In this document: positions 38,945-50,060 of the stretch, piece by piece
How the letters are laid out: the number at the start of each line of letters is the position of its first letter
How positions within the stretch are numbered: the stretch's first letter is position 1
Assembly (NCBI RefSeq): GCF_964194025.1
Contig: NC_134468.1
Coordinates: forward strand, 29,760,001 to 29,824,000
Reading direction: 5' to 3'
Length of the DNA: 64,000 nucleotides
Origin: Convolutriloba macropyga
Taxonomy: Eukaryota
Translations under genes and position numbers: made by a program
The notes under the pieces: generated by a model
Database searches by the model: none
Seen by the model: the letters and a program-made list of their open reading frames with translations, nothing else
Told to the model about the DNA's origin: nothing

Positions 38945-40468
38945 AATAGAGGATGTTTTAGATTCGAGTGGCGATATCCCAGATTGAGTTATATTATATC
39001 CTAACCCGGAAATTTGTTGTTTCGCAAAAAGGCATTTAGGAAGGTTAATTCGAAGATTATCTGCGTCCAGTTTTTTAAGACAATCTAATACAAGTTGGAA
39101 GTGATCATTTTCAGAACCTTTACTAACAATTTAGATGTCGTCTAGGAAACAAAATGTATTTTTAAGACCAATCAAGGTGTAATCCATTGCCTTCTGAAAC
39201 TCGGCAGGCATGCCTAAGACCGTAAAATCCCGTCTTGAATCGATATGTGCCTGTCATGTCACCACTTACAATATTAAAATTACAGTGATTAGCAGTTTCA
39301 GGGTGTAAGTTTAGTTGGCTGTATGCATATTTAAGATCTATAGTAGAGAAATATATTTGTTCCGCTGGTTCTGTTTTGTAGTTTGTTATTATTTGTGATA
39401 TGGAATCCATAACTGTTTCAATATTTGGCATCTGATATTTGTTCTTATGTATTGCTTTGTTAAGAGTTTTAGAATCTAATGCTAACTTTATGGTTTGATC
39501 TCGTTTGACTGTGATTACAATAGGTGAAATAAAGTATTGGTCAGGACAGTTATTCAGTTTTTCTATATGTCCCTCTTCAAGAAGTTTTTTAATTTCATTA
39601 TTTACTCGTTCTTGTAAATTATTGGGTACTCTTCTACCCTTTTGGTGTTTTGGCTGAAAATTTCGATGGAATTTAGATTTAACAATGTGTATTTTTGAGC
39701 GACCAATACGTGTAATAAGTTGGGGAAATTGTTTTGCAATACGTGTTTTAAATGGACATTGAGATGTGATAGTGTTGACCATACTACCTTCATTTTTTGG
39801 GATTTGAGTTACTGAGATTCCGAGAGCGTCAAATAGATCTCTACCCACTAGTGGTTTTAGCCCGTCACGGACTACTACAAATTCAGCTTCTTTAAGTCGC
39901 CATCCATTGCTCGCAATTGGTGCCTGTATCATACCCTTCACGTTTATGGGTTCGTTTGAAAATGTTTTGAGTTCCTGGGGAGGCGCTATCATCAGCCAAC
40001 GAGCAAGGGGAGAATTTTCCACAATCTCCGAAGCAAGAGACTCGGGTAAAATACTGCATACACTGCCTGAATCAATGAGAAGTCCAACATAGGTATTACC
40101 AATTTGTAAGATGGTTTTCTTTGGTTCGATCTGTATTGCGTTACTTGCGATGCTAGCGACCATATTGTCATCTGAGCTATCGTAGTCTGATTCGCATTGC
40201 GGGTTATAATTCATATTTTGTATAGCGTTTACAGTTTGGTCAGTTGGAGTTTCTTCAACAGAGTTAACATTAGATCGGGTGGGTTTATTTGATGATGACT
40301 TCGGTTTCCTGCACACTCGCGAAAAATGGTTTTGGAGACCACAATTATTGCAAGTCTTGCCTCTCGCAATACACTTGACTTTATGATTAGCTGACCAAGT
40401 TAAACCACAGTTCCTGCAGAGTTGATTTGGTGATCGAGTAAAACTAGATGTAGTCGGCCGTTGATTCG
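38945..40468 (-). pseudogene. pol: Zinc knuckle, aspartic protease and reverse transcriptase (duplicate copy 2)
   Basis: CNNCGLQNHFSRVC, LIDSGS, IDLKYAYSQL, FLDDI followed by a stop; frameshift after GFYGL. Confidence 0.93.
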
Positions 40469-41155
40469 ACAAGTAATTAATTGACAAGGAGGATTGACAA
40501 GGAGGAAGACAAGTGAATTTCAGGTTGAATTTGGGCAAAAAGCACCTGTTTGTTGTTTGTTAATTGAGCACGTGAGTTATTTAAAGTATTTGAGTGTGGT
40601 TTACTAAAAAAAGGTAGGAATTTGAGGCTGATTTTTGATTGACAAGTGAGAGTGACATATTGGAGCAAATTTGGAAGTATTTTGGTAAGCGAGTGACGCT
40701 TTTCTTGTTTTTACAAGCATTTGAGGCTCAATTTGTACAAGATTAGTTGTAAATGGTAGACTATGCGACGCAAATTTAGAATGAATTGGGTATTTAGTAA
40801 CTTGCTTTGCATCTGAGGAAAGCATTCTAGTCTTTTGAGTAAATAATAAAGTATTATGCCTGGCGGGTGTTAATTTGTTAAAAGAAAAGCGTACTCGCGA
40901 TGCGAGATCGGAGGTGGTATTAATTAATTTAGAAGTGTTGACTTTTGAAGTAGGATATGTATGTGCGAATACGGAATCATTTTGAGTTGAATGTACTCGC
41001 TGATCATGTGCACTAGTACAATTAATACTATTAGTGGAATGAAGAAATGAGTTATGTTTTTGATCCGCGAATGAATTAGTATTATCGGTTAAGTGTACGC
41101 GCGGGGCGTGTGTACTATACTGATGATTGAATTTAAGGGAGGTTACTTTAGAGTT

Positions 41156-42124
41156 TTAAATTCGCGCCGCGAGATTGGAACTAACATTTGTTAAACGTAC
41201 ACGCTGGGCGGAATTTATGTCTAAATTAGAAGTTTGTTTTGAACAGAATTTTGAACTATTGTTTCGCGGGGCGAGTAAATCATGAATTTTTGTTTGAGGA
41301 TTTGGTGTTACATAATCTATAGTTAAAACTTGTTCTGTATTAGTGGTGGAATTTTTATTTTCACCATCAATATCAATATATAATTTATGAAGTGAATGAG
41401 CTAAGAGGTTGTGTTTTCGTTGAAGTAATTGAGCGTCAGAATGTATGCTTGATAACGTTGCAACTAAAAATTCCTCATCATATTTGGAAATACTTTTTGC
41501 TGGTTGATATGGATTTCGAGATATGTAATCAACTAGTCCCATTTTCGCGCCAGGTAGATGCTCTATTGAGAATGGATAAGGCAAAAGACGATCAACCCAT
41601 CGTGATAACCTACTATTGTAACTTTTATTTGATCGATGTTCTTTTAAAATGGAAAGTAATGCGCGGTGATCAGTGATAACAGTGAATTCTTTACCATACA
41701 AATAATTTTTAAAATATTCTATGGACCATACTACCCCAAGAAGTTCTAATTCATTAATACTATAACGTTCTTCACTACTGTTTAAAAATCTTGATGCTTC
41801 AAACCGGCTACCAATCGGCTTCCAACCGACAACTGTTAGTTGTTCTAGTGCTGCTCCCAATCCGGAGCGAGAAGCATCACATTTGATTCGCGTTTCGAGT
41901 TGGGGGTTATAGTGAATGTTTTCTGTATGATTTGCTATGCGAGTTTTAATGGCATTAAAATGTAGCGTATGAGCGTCAGTCCAAATGTATTTAGCGGACT
42001 TACGAAGTAGAGGTCTTAAAGGATGGCAGAGCTGAGCTAGATTGGGAATAAATTTACTAATATAGTGGACTGAACCGAAAAATGAGCGTAATTTTTTAAG
42101 TGTATTAGGTGGTTGCAATGACAT
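41156..42124 (-). pseudogene. pol: Pol: RT connection and RNase H (copy 1)
   Basis: Same translation as 37976-38944, offset 3180. Confidence 0.93.
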
Positions 42125-43650
42125 AATAGAGGATGTTTTAGATTCGAGTGGCGATATCCCAGATTGAGTTATATTATATCCTAACCAGGAAATTTGTTGT
42201 CTCGCAAAAAGGCATTTAGGAAGGTTAATTCGAAGATTATCTGCGTCCAGTTTTTTAAGACAATCTAATACAAGTTGGAAGTGATCCTTTTCAGAACCAT
42301 TACTAACAATTTAGATGTCGTCTAGGAAACAAAATGTATTTTTAAGACCAATCAAGGTGTAATCCATTGCCTTCTGAAACTCGGCAGGCATGCCTAAGAC
42401 CGTAAAATCCCGTCTTGAATCGATATGTGCCTGTCATGTCACCACTTACAATATTAAAATTACAGTGACTAGCAGTTTCAGGGTGTAAGTTTAGTTGGCT
42501 GTATGCATATTTAAGATCTATAGTAGAGAAATATATTTGTTCCGCTGGTTCTGTTTTGTAGTTTGTTATTATTTGTGATATGGAATCCATAAGTGTTTCA
42601 ATATTTGGCATCCGATATTTGTTCTTATGTATTGCTTTGTTAAGAGTTTTAGAATCTAATGCTAACTTTATGGTTTGATCTCGTTTGACTGTGATTACAA
42701 TAGGTGAAATAAAGTATTGGTCAGGACAGTTATTCAGTTTTTCTATATGTCCCTCTTCAAGAAGTTTTTTAATTTCATTATTTACTCGTTCTTGTAAATT
42801 AATGGGTACTCTTCTACCCTTTTGGTGTTTTGGCTGAAAATTTCGATGGAATTTAGATTTAACAATGTGTATTTTCGAGCGACCAATACGTGTAATAAGT
42901 TGGGGAAATTGTTTTGCAATACGTGTTTTAAATGGACATTGAGATGTGATAGTGTTGACCATACTACCTTCATTTTTTGGGATTTGAGTTACTGAGATTC
43001 CGAGAGCGTGAAATAGATCTCTACCCACTAGTGGTTTTAGCCCGTCACGGACTACTACAAATTCAGCTTCTTTAAGTCGCCATCCATTGCTCGCAATTGG
43101 TGCCTGTATCATACCCTTCACGTTTATGGGTTCGTTTGAAAATGTTTTGAGTTCCTTGGGAGGCGCTATCATCAGCCAACGAGCAAGGGGAGAATTTTCC
43201 ACAATCTCCGAAGCAAGAGACTCGGGTAAAATACTGCATACACTGCCTGAATCAATGAGAAGTCCAACATAGGTATTACCAATTTGTAAGATGGTTTTCT
43301 TTGGTTCGATCTGTATTGCGTTACTTGCGATGCTAGCGACCATATTGTCATCTGAGCTATCGTAGTCTGATTCGCATTGCGGGTTATAATTCATATTTTG
43401 TATAGCGTTTACAGTTTGGTCAGTTGGAGTTTCTTCAACAGAGTTAACATTAGATCGGGTGGGTTTATTTGATGATGACTTCGGTTTCCTGCACACTCGC
43501 GAAAAATGGTTTTGGAGACCACAATTATTGCAAGTCTTGCCTCTCGCAATACACTTGACTTTATGATTAGCTGACCAAGTTAAACCACAGTTCCTGCAGA
43601 GTTGATTTGGTGATCGAGTAAAACTAGATGTAGTCGGCCGTTGATTCGGT
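42125..43650 (-). pseudogene. pol: Zinc knuckle, protease and reverse transcriptase (copy 1)
   Basis: Same motifs and same lesions as copy 2. Confidence 0.93.
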
Positions 43651-43652
43651 GG

Positions 43653-44463
43653 TCAAAAAGATCGTTGAGGAATTATTGCATTAACTTGCGGAGCAAATTG
43701 CGAGTTTGTAATTTGTAGTTGGTTTCTTTGACCTAATTCCATATTTATGGCCAAACGTAACGCTTGGGCTGGTTCTAGAGTTTCTCGCGATAATTCCCGT
43801 TGAATTTCCGGATCTAACATATTTGCAATGAATAAGTCTCTGATAAGAGTATCTTCTTGACTCATGAGCTCACAATTTTCAGAAAGTTCTTTTAATTTTC
43901 CAAAGAAATGTTCGATGGACTCTCCTCTTGTCTGTTTTGTGGTGAGAAGTACGTACCTATCAAATGTGATATTGCGCTGACGAATAAATGCTGCTTCCAT
44001 GATTGTCCAAAGTTCTGCTGTTGAGAGACTGTCCATCTTGAGGTGTGGGTTTTGGCTACAAACAATTCGACGTCCTTCAGTGCCCAAACTGAGGTATAGC
44101 ATTGACAGTCTTTCGATCGGCCTGTGCCTATGGTTTGTCTCCGCACATTATTCCTATCTCCAGTTGTCTCTGACACCGATTTTCCCAGTTCATTTTTGAT
44201 TGAGCGTTCCTCGCCAATCTTTCCCTCTCCGATTGTGCCGATGATCCTGTTATCGGATCCTCATAGATCGGTTCAAGTGGTAGTTGCACTGTTTCGGGTT
44301 TTGGTTCTAACAAAGTGTCTATTGTAATATTTTCCTTCGCAAGAAGAGCTAACTTGGCCTGCATCTGCCACTTTTCCCATTTCAGCGGAGGGTCTACACT
44401 AGGTTTATCCCAAAATGGCTCAATGCCAAGTGGGGCCCGCTTCTGAGCTGCTGACTGCGCCAT
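43653..44463 (-). pseudogene. gag: Gag (Mag-like), frameshifted near 44110-44130
   Basis: WEKWQMQAKLAL, LYLSLGTEGRRI, KQTRGESIEHFFGKLKELSENCE, LIRDLFIANM. Confidence 0.88.
44448..44462 (-). promoter_or_regulatory. Primer binding site, probably tRNA-Ser
   Basis: TGGCGCAGTCAGCAG directly after the 5' LTR; complementary to the ...CUGCUGACUGCGCCA 3' end I recall for invertebrate tRNA-Ser. Confidence 0.75.
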
Positions 44464-44881
44464 GTCGTACGCAAGTGAGATTGCGTACTTGATCTTGAGT
44501 CGCGAGTTGCGTTTATGTTTTATGTCCTACTTGCGCGGCGAGTGCGCTTTACACAATTTCTAAATGCATCCGCTTAGCGAATCGCTTGATGATTATTCGT
44601 TTACTTTACTCGATTCGTAAAGACAGTTAATGAAGAATAAGTTAAATTGAGCAACTGTACGCGAAGTGCAAAACTAAGAGAATGAAAATTAAGGCAACTG
44701 GTATTCCAGAAGTCATAACAAACGTGAACAATAATTTGCCGCTCTGGGAGATGGGAACAACAGACTAGCATGTGAAATAACATTGACTTGTACACATGCC
44801 CCTCAGGAATAAGTACACTAAATAAATTAAGTACATCGTATAATAAATTTACTGCACTGAATTAATTTATGATGTATGACA
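44463..44881 (-). repeat. 5' LTR
   Basis: 419 bp, matches 34494-34912. Confidence 0.97.
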
Positions 44882-44886
44882 GACGT

Positions 44887-45290
44887 CGCGGGTGTATCAT
44901 TAAATACTATTTTTTTTGGTGTTGATTGCTTTGCTTTTATGACCATTTAATTAAATTGATGAAATGCTATTTCCATGTTGACTGATATAGTCAGTTCTCA
45001 TTCTGGGTCTATTGTGTCGTCCAAGAACAATTCACATTGTATTTCTTCATCGCATTTTCAAAACAAAAATTGTAACTTTCAGACAGCACTAACAAGGTAC
45101 TATAAAACTATGCGGCACTTTTTAACTGTTTTTGACAATAACCAAACACAGCTGAGATGTTATACTTTGATTAAGAATCTGTATGTTTGTATTAGTTTCT
45201 GCTGCCTCTACTAACTGCTCTCATATAACCTTCATTTAGAGTGACACACATTCACTTGACCTTATCTCTTTGAACTTCAGTCAATTTCAA
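44887..45290 (-). pseudogene. Possible RNase H remnant of the old Gypsy relic
   Basis: Only short motifs survive (MRTDYISQH versus MGLVDYISRN; RFL..KYNI versus RFLN..RYSI), in the expected order upstream of the relic integrase. Confidence 0.35.
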
Positions 45291-46850
45291 ACGGAGGAAG
45301 TCATTTTTTAGAGTGAGGTAAGTCACATGTGACCAAAAAACTAATCAGGCGAATGAACAAAAAAATCGCTCCACTAAGAGAAAAAAATGACGTCATGCAA
45401 TCACTTCAGTTGAAATTGCATGAACGAATGAACAAAAAGTGGTTGTGGCGTCATATGGTCGTAACAAAAATATTGACGACGAAATAAAAAACATAGTAGG
45501 ACAAGACCTGAGGTACAATTCAAAAATTTTCCGTTGACTAAACAAAAAACTAGAGCTAGAACGGACTATGAAAGAATTCGGAAAACCATTTCTAAAAAAA
45601 TCAGACGAACAAAAAAAAACCAGGCCTAGAATGAACTATGAATGGATTGGAAAACCAATTAGAAAGAAAATCCGATCCAAAAAATTGAAAAAACAGTAAA
45701 AACCAAAGTGAAATTGCAGCATGTGAACAAAAAAACCAACTAGCGAAATTTTATTCAAAGACTGGTTTCTCACTCTACTTTAAAATTAGAGCAAAAAAAT
45801 TCACGCCGCAAAACTACTCGCTTTTTGCTCAATTTCCTGTTTCGGAGTGACCAAAAGCACTGTTCCAATTTGACTTCAAAAATCATGAAAATGTTTGATC
45901 TTAACATAGCCGAAAGAATTCCGGAAACGACTCGGAGAAAATTTGAATTGTAAAAGAAAAACCAAGAGAAGCCCAATAGTAGCCCCAGCAATCGCTGTGG
46001 GGCTATTAAAAACAAAATGTTCGACTACTATTTTATTGGATATCGTATTTTTTTCCCAACGTTGTAATGGTTATTTTCTCATTCTTTTCCCACAAGACTT
46101 TAATGCATTGGGGCGTATTTCGCAATTCTCGGTTGGCTAGGTGTGCCATGTACTTGCTCTAAATGTCACACATTCTACTTCAGGGCTCAATAAAAAACTC
46201 CAATTAAAAATCAAATTAAATACAATTTACGCAATATCCACTTCATCTAAAACAAATATCAAGCCAAATCAAAAATCAAATCACGCAAAACTGAAGTCCA
46301 TGTATTTAGAATCAAATAATATGTACAAGCAGTAGCACAAGTGTAGCAGCACTATCGCCTCAAGAAATGTCAATATATTGAATATCATCAATCCAACTTT
46401 CAAAGTTCGGCTAAAGACGTCCAACCATCCTCTCGAGTCACAAAACAGTTAAATTCACCGTACATCATTAAAAATATATAATATACGACAAACAGGATGG
46501 CTGAGGTCCCTTCTGGTATATCCGACAAACTGATTAGATACATCTTAACTTTATAGCTCTCCATTAATTTTCTTTTTATTAACCACACAACTTTATGCAA
46601 TGATTTTGCTAGGTGAATTTAATCGAATCGATCGATTTATTTCCGCAAAATAAGATGTAATTAGCTTTCTACATCAAGCTTCTCTTGTAACCAAAATAAA
46701 TGTTTGCTATAATATTTGCACTCAAAGTTCGTGTTATCACCCATATTCAACTTAAACCGAAAAGAAGCTCCAGTATCTGCTTAAAAACCAGTTTAACACA
46801 TTTCGTTGAGAACACTTCTGTCAAAATATTAGTATTTTTCTGCGCTTCTG

Positions 46851-47117
46851 TTATGACACGGACGCGTCGTCCATCTTAGAATGGGAGCCATCATCACATT
46901 TGCTTTCGTTGTCGCATTTAGGACTGTGTCTTGTTGTTCTGTGACTTCCACTACCATGTGATGCATTTTGATGTTCAGGCGGTTTATAATTGGCTAGTAT
47001 CCAGGGGTCCTGCTGCACTTGGGCCAATGGGGTGCGCTGCTTGGGATCAAACTTGAGCAGGCCACCGATGAATCTTCTGGCATCAGCAGAAATTGATTCA
47101 GGCCAAATGATGTCCAC
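46851..47117 (-). CDS. AURK: Aurora-family Ser/Thr kinase, terminal coding exon
   Basis: TAG acceptor at 47120-47118; VDIIWPESISADARRFIGGLLKFDPKQRTPLAQVQQDPWILAN matches Aurora subdomains X-XI; TAA stop. Confidence 0.88.
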   Translation of the reverse strand: MDIIWPESISADARRFIGGLLKFDPKQRTPLAQVQQDPWILANYKPPEHQNASHGSGSHRTTRHSPKCDNESKCDDGSHSKMDDASVS

Positions 47118-47653
47118 CTACGGAACCACCATTATTTGAATGAAACACATTCTACTCTAATGCACGATTTAAATAAACCTATAATAAACCTATCATGCAA
47201 AATCAGCATCAGTTAGCTTTGATTTAAATCTACAAATCGAAGGCTACTTGTTCAATAACTAATCTGTTTCTAATAGTTTGTCAATAAATTCAAGAAGAAA
47301 AGGAGACCAAAACTGTCTCCCTACAAATTCCTCTGATAAAGAAGTTGCGTCGGTAAATAATTTAAAATAGATAAATTTATTTGTATAACTGATGTCTATA
47401 CACTACGTTTGTATTCTATATGTTTCGGGAAATCAAGTCATTCAAAAGTTCACGTAGAGGCAAATGGAAACATGCAATTTTCTGCAAAAATAACGCATCA
47501 TACGTAATTTAATTCCCATTGTAGCCCGGAACAATGTAGACCCCGAAAACCATTCACTGCAGCATAGTAGCAAATGAAAGTCACGCGCAATCCAGATAAG
47601 ACGTAGAACTAACTACTGAATAGAGCTAAAGCTCACCTAAAAATGTGGCTCAC

Positions 47654-47775
47654 CTTTTTGATTCTCTCGTATGTCTCGGCAATTGTGGATGTCTCGAAAG
47701 GTGGTTTCCCGTGGAGAAATTCGTAGCACAACACACCCATACTCCAAATGTCCACTGCTACACTGTACTCTTGGC
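47654..47775 (-). CDS. AURK: Aurora-family kinase, penultimate coding exon (122 nt)
   Basis: AG acceptor at 47777-47776, GTGAG donor at 47653; (G)QEYSVAVDIWSMGVLCYEFLHGKPPFETSTIAETYERIKK splices in frame to the last exon. Confidence 0.92.
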
Positions 47776-48089
47776 CTACAAGACGAAAACATAACCGACT
47801 AACGTCGGGCGAATTGCTCTCAAACGACCAGCGAGCGGTTGGCTTCGTCAGCAGCTAGCCAGGGTTTAGTGACCTCTGGTCGCTACCACTTTATCCCGTT
47901 TCTGAAGATTCTACAGGATTAATACAATTGCTAAAAATTGCTTTTGAGAGTAATTAACAATGATTTGCTAAAAAAGCGCCTGTTCGATCATTTATGATAA
48001 AAAACATTTCTACTTTAACTCATTGTTAATGATTATCAGAGATGATGACATTACGCCACATAACATCAGCTGAAGTGCGGCATCAACAA

Positions 48090-48092
<3 letters not shown>

Positions 48093-48121
<29 letters not shown>
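48093..48121. repeat. (GA)n microsatellite
   Basis: Direct read. Confidence 0.95.
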
Positions 48122-48126
<5 letters not shown>

Positions 48127-48599
48127 TAAAAAGTGAACGAGAAAGAAAAAGAAAGGAACGCTAACCGACAATGAGAGAAAAAGAGACAGCAACATTTTCC
48201 ATGATTGGATTCGACTCTGCAACTTCTAGTTTTCTAGCCTTGTCAATAAATAAATCATATAGAAAAAAACTGAAAAAGGCCAAATCCAAAAAAAATTCAA
48301 ATGCGCGGTAAAAGTTGGAAACCATTTTTGTCTCAAAAGTTCTGTGAAATAACCCATCTCCTAGACATGAAAAGTCTCGTTGGCCAGTCCAGTAATGTTC
48401 GTTAAACTCAGAAAAGGACAAAAAACATTGATAAATTTTGCAAATCGCAAATTTTAACAAAATCTTGCTAAAATTCAAGATATTAATATCTTGAGAGCCA
48501 TTTCATTGTCTCAAGAGACCATCTGGAATCCCTGTTTCAAGCCTGAAATAGTTTCACAGGCTCATAAAGATCCATACACTTGAAAAAAAAATTGAAGAG

Positions 48600-49600
48600 C
48601 TTAAATTTTATCCAAAAATTACTGAAACTGGAGTCACAAAAAAAGGTTGATCACCATCCCATTAACTCTGCACCAGCTTATTATCAAATCTTGGAGGAGG
48701 CCCCAGGGCCTCTGGCGCCTGAAAAAAATTGAAAAATGAAAAAAAGCAACTATTTAAAAAAAAATTGCATAAACTCGTGATATTAAAATCTTGGAGAAGA
48801 TTCGATTACATCTATAAACTATGCAGCAAAATATTATTAAACCCTAGAGGAAGTTCCGTGGCCTTGAGGCTAGAGAAACCTACAAAATGACAAACTCTCA
48901 AAAAAACTTAAAAAAATTGCAAGTCTTATATAAAAAAATATTGCTAAAACTTGTGATATATTAAAAAGTTGAAAGTTAATCCATGAGCAACAAAAATTTT
49001 CCAGTAACTCATTATCAAACTTCAACGGAGGTTTTCTGACCCTTGAGGTTCAAAAAACCTGAAAAAAGACTAACTGTCAAAAAAGTTCAAAAGGAAATTC
49101 CAAAAATTGTCAAAAATATGCTGAAATTCGTCATGTTTAAATCTTGCAAGACATTCCATTTCACCTAAAAATTAAACAGTGACCTATTTTCAAACTATAG
49201 AGAGTATTCCTTGGCTCTTAAGGCTGAAAAATCTAAAAAAACGACAAAAAAACTTCAAAAAAACTTGAAAAAAGCAAGTTTTATCAAAAATTTGCTGAAA
49301 TTTGAGACATTAAAGAGTTGCAAAACTATTGCATGGCCAATAAAAATTTGTCAGTAACTTATCAAACCACTTAGGATGTTTTCTGGCCCCTGGGACTGCA
49401 AAGACCTGAATCAGGAAAAATAATTGTAAAAAAATTTGAAAAAATTGCACATTTTGTCAAAAAAATTGCTTAAAATCGTGACGTTAAAATGTTGAAACCT
49501 TTCCAATACCAATAGAAATTATGCAGTAACCTATTAGTAAAACCTAGAGGACTGATAAAAATAAAGGTGAAAAATTTTCAAAAAGCTTGAAAAAAATTGC
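48600..49600. repeat. Degenerate ~176-bp tandem repeat
   Basis: AAAYTYGTGAYATTAAA-like anchor at ~48771, 48948, 49125, 49297 and 49473. Confidence 0.7.
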
Positions 49601-50060
49601 AAAATATTATAAACATTTGGAGGGGGGGGGGGGGGGGTTTGGTGTTGGGGGGGCAATAGTGGGGAGGGGGTCAACAGTGGGGGTGTCTTCAACCTCTGAG
49701 AACCACCCTTCACACCATAAGTATAAGTATAAGTCTCCCAAAGAGCTGAAACCGAGCTCAAAGGCTCTAAGAGCACTTAATGCCCGCTGTGCGCTGCCTG
49801 TTTATCCGCTTTTTGAGGACGAAAAGTCAAAAGCGTCAGACGAAAAATCGGTCAAGCAAAAAATCGCATTAAAAAAGACCGACAAGACTAATAAAAATTG
49901 TTCACATTGTTAGCATACGCTAACATAAGCTAACCTTTCGAATCGCAGTAGAACTTCAAATTCAAAACTATATGAAGAAAAATGGAATTTGGGATACCTG
50001 AAAATATAGCTCACCAATTGTCCAAGGATAGCTGTACTGGATTTCCAGGCCAGCAGGCTC

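Larger units (their letters stand above)
34494..44881 (-). mobile_element. Ty3/Gypsy LTR retrotransposon, Mag-like, full-length but disrupted, with 3.18-kb internal duplication
   Basis: Two 419-bp TG...CA LTRs; 5-bp TSD GACGT (34489-34493, 44882-44886); PBS and PPT; order gag(CCHC)-PR-RT-RH-IN. Confidence 0.97.

Noticed and set aside
49990-50060. GTGAG donor-like and TTTTCAG acceptor-like signals as a further Aurora exon
   Set aside because: The translation does not match the expected GTLDYLPPEM region.
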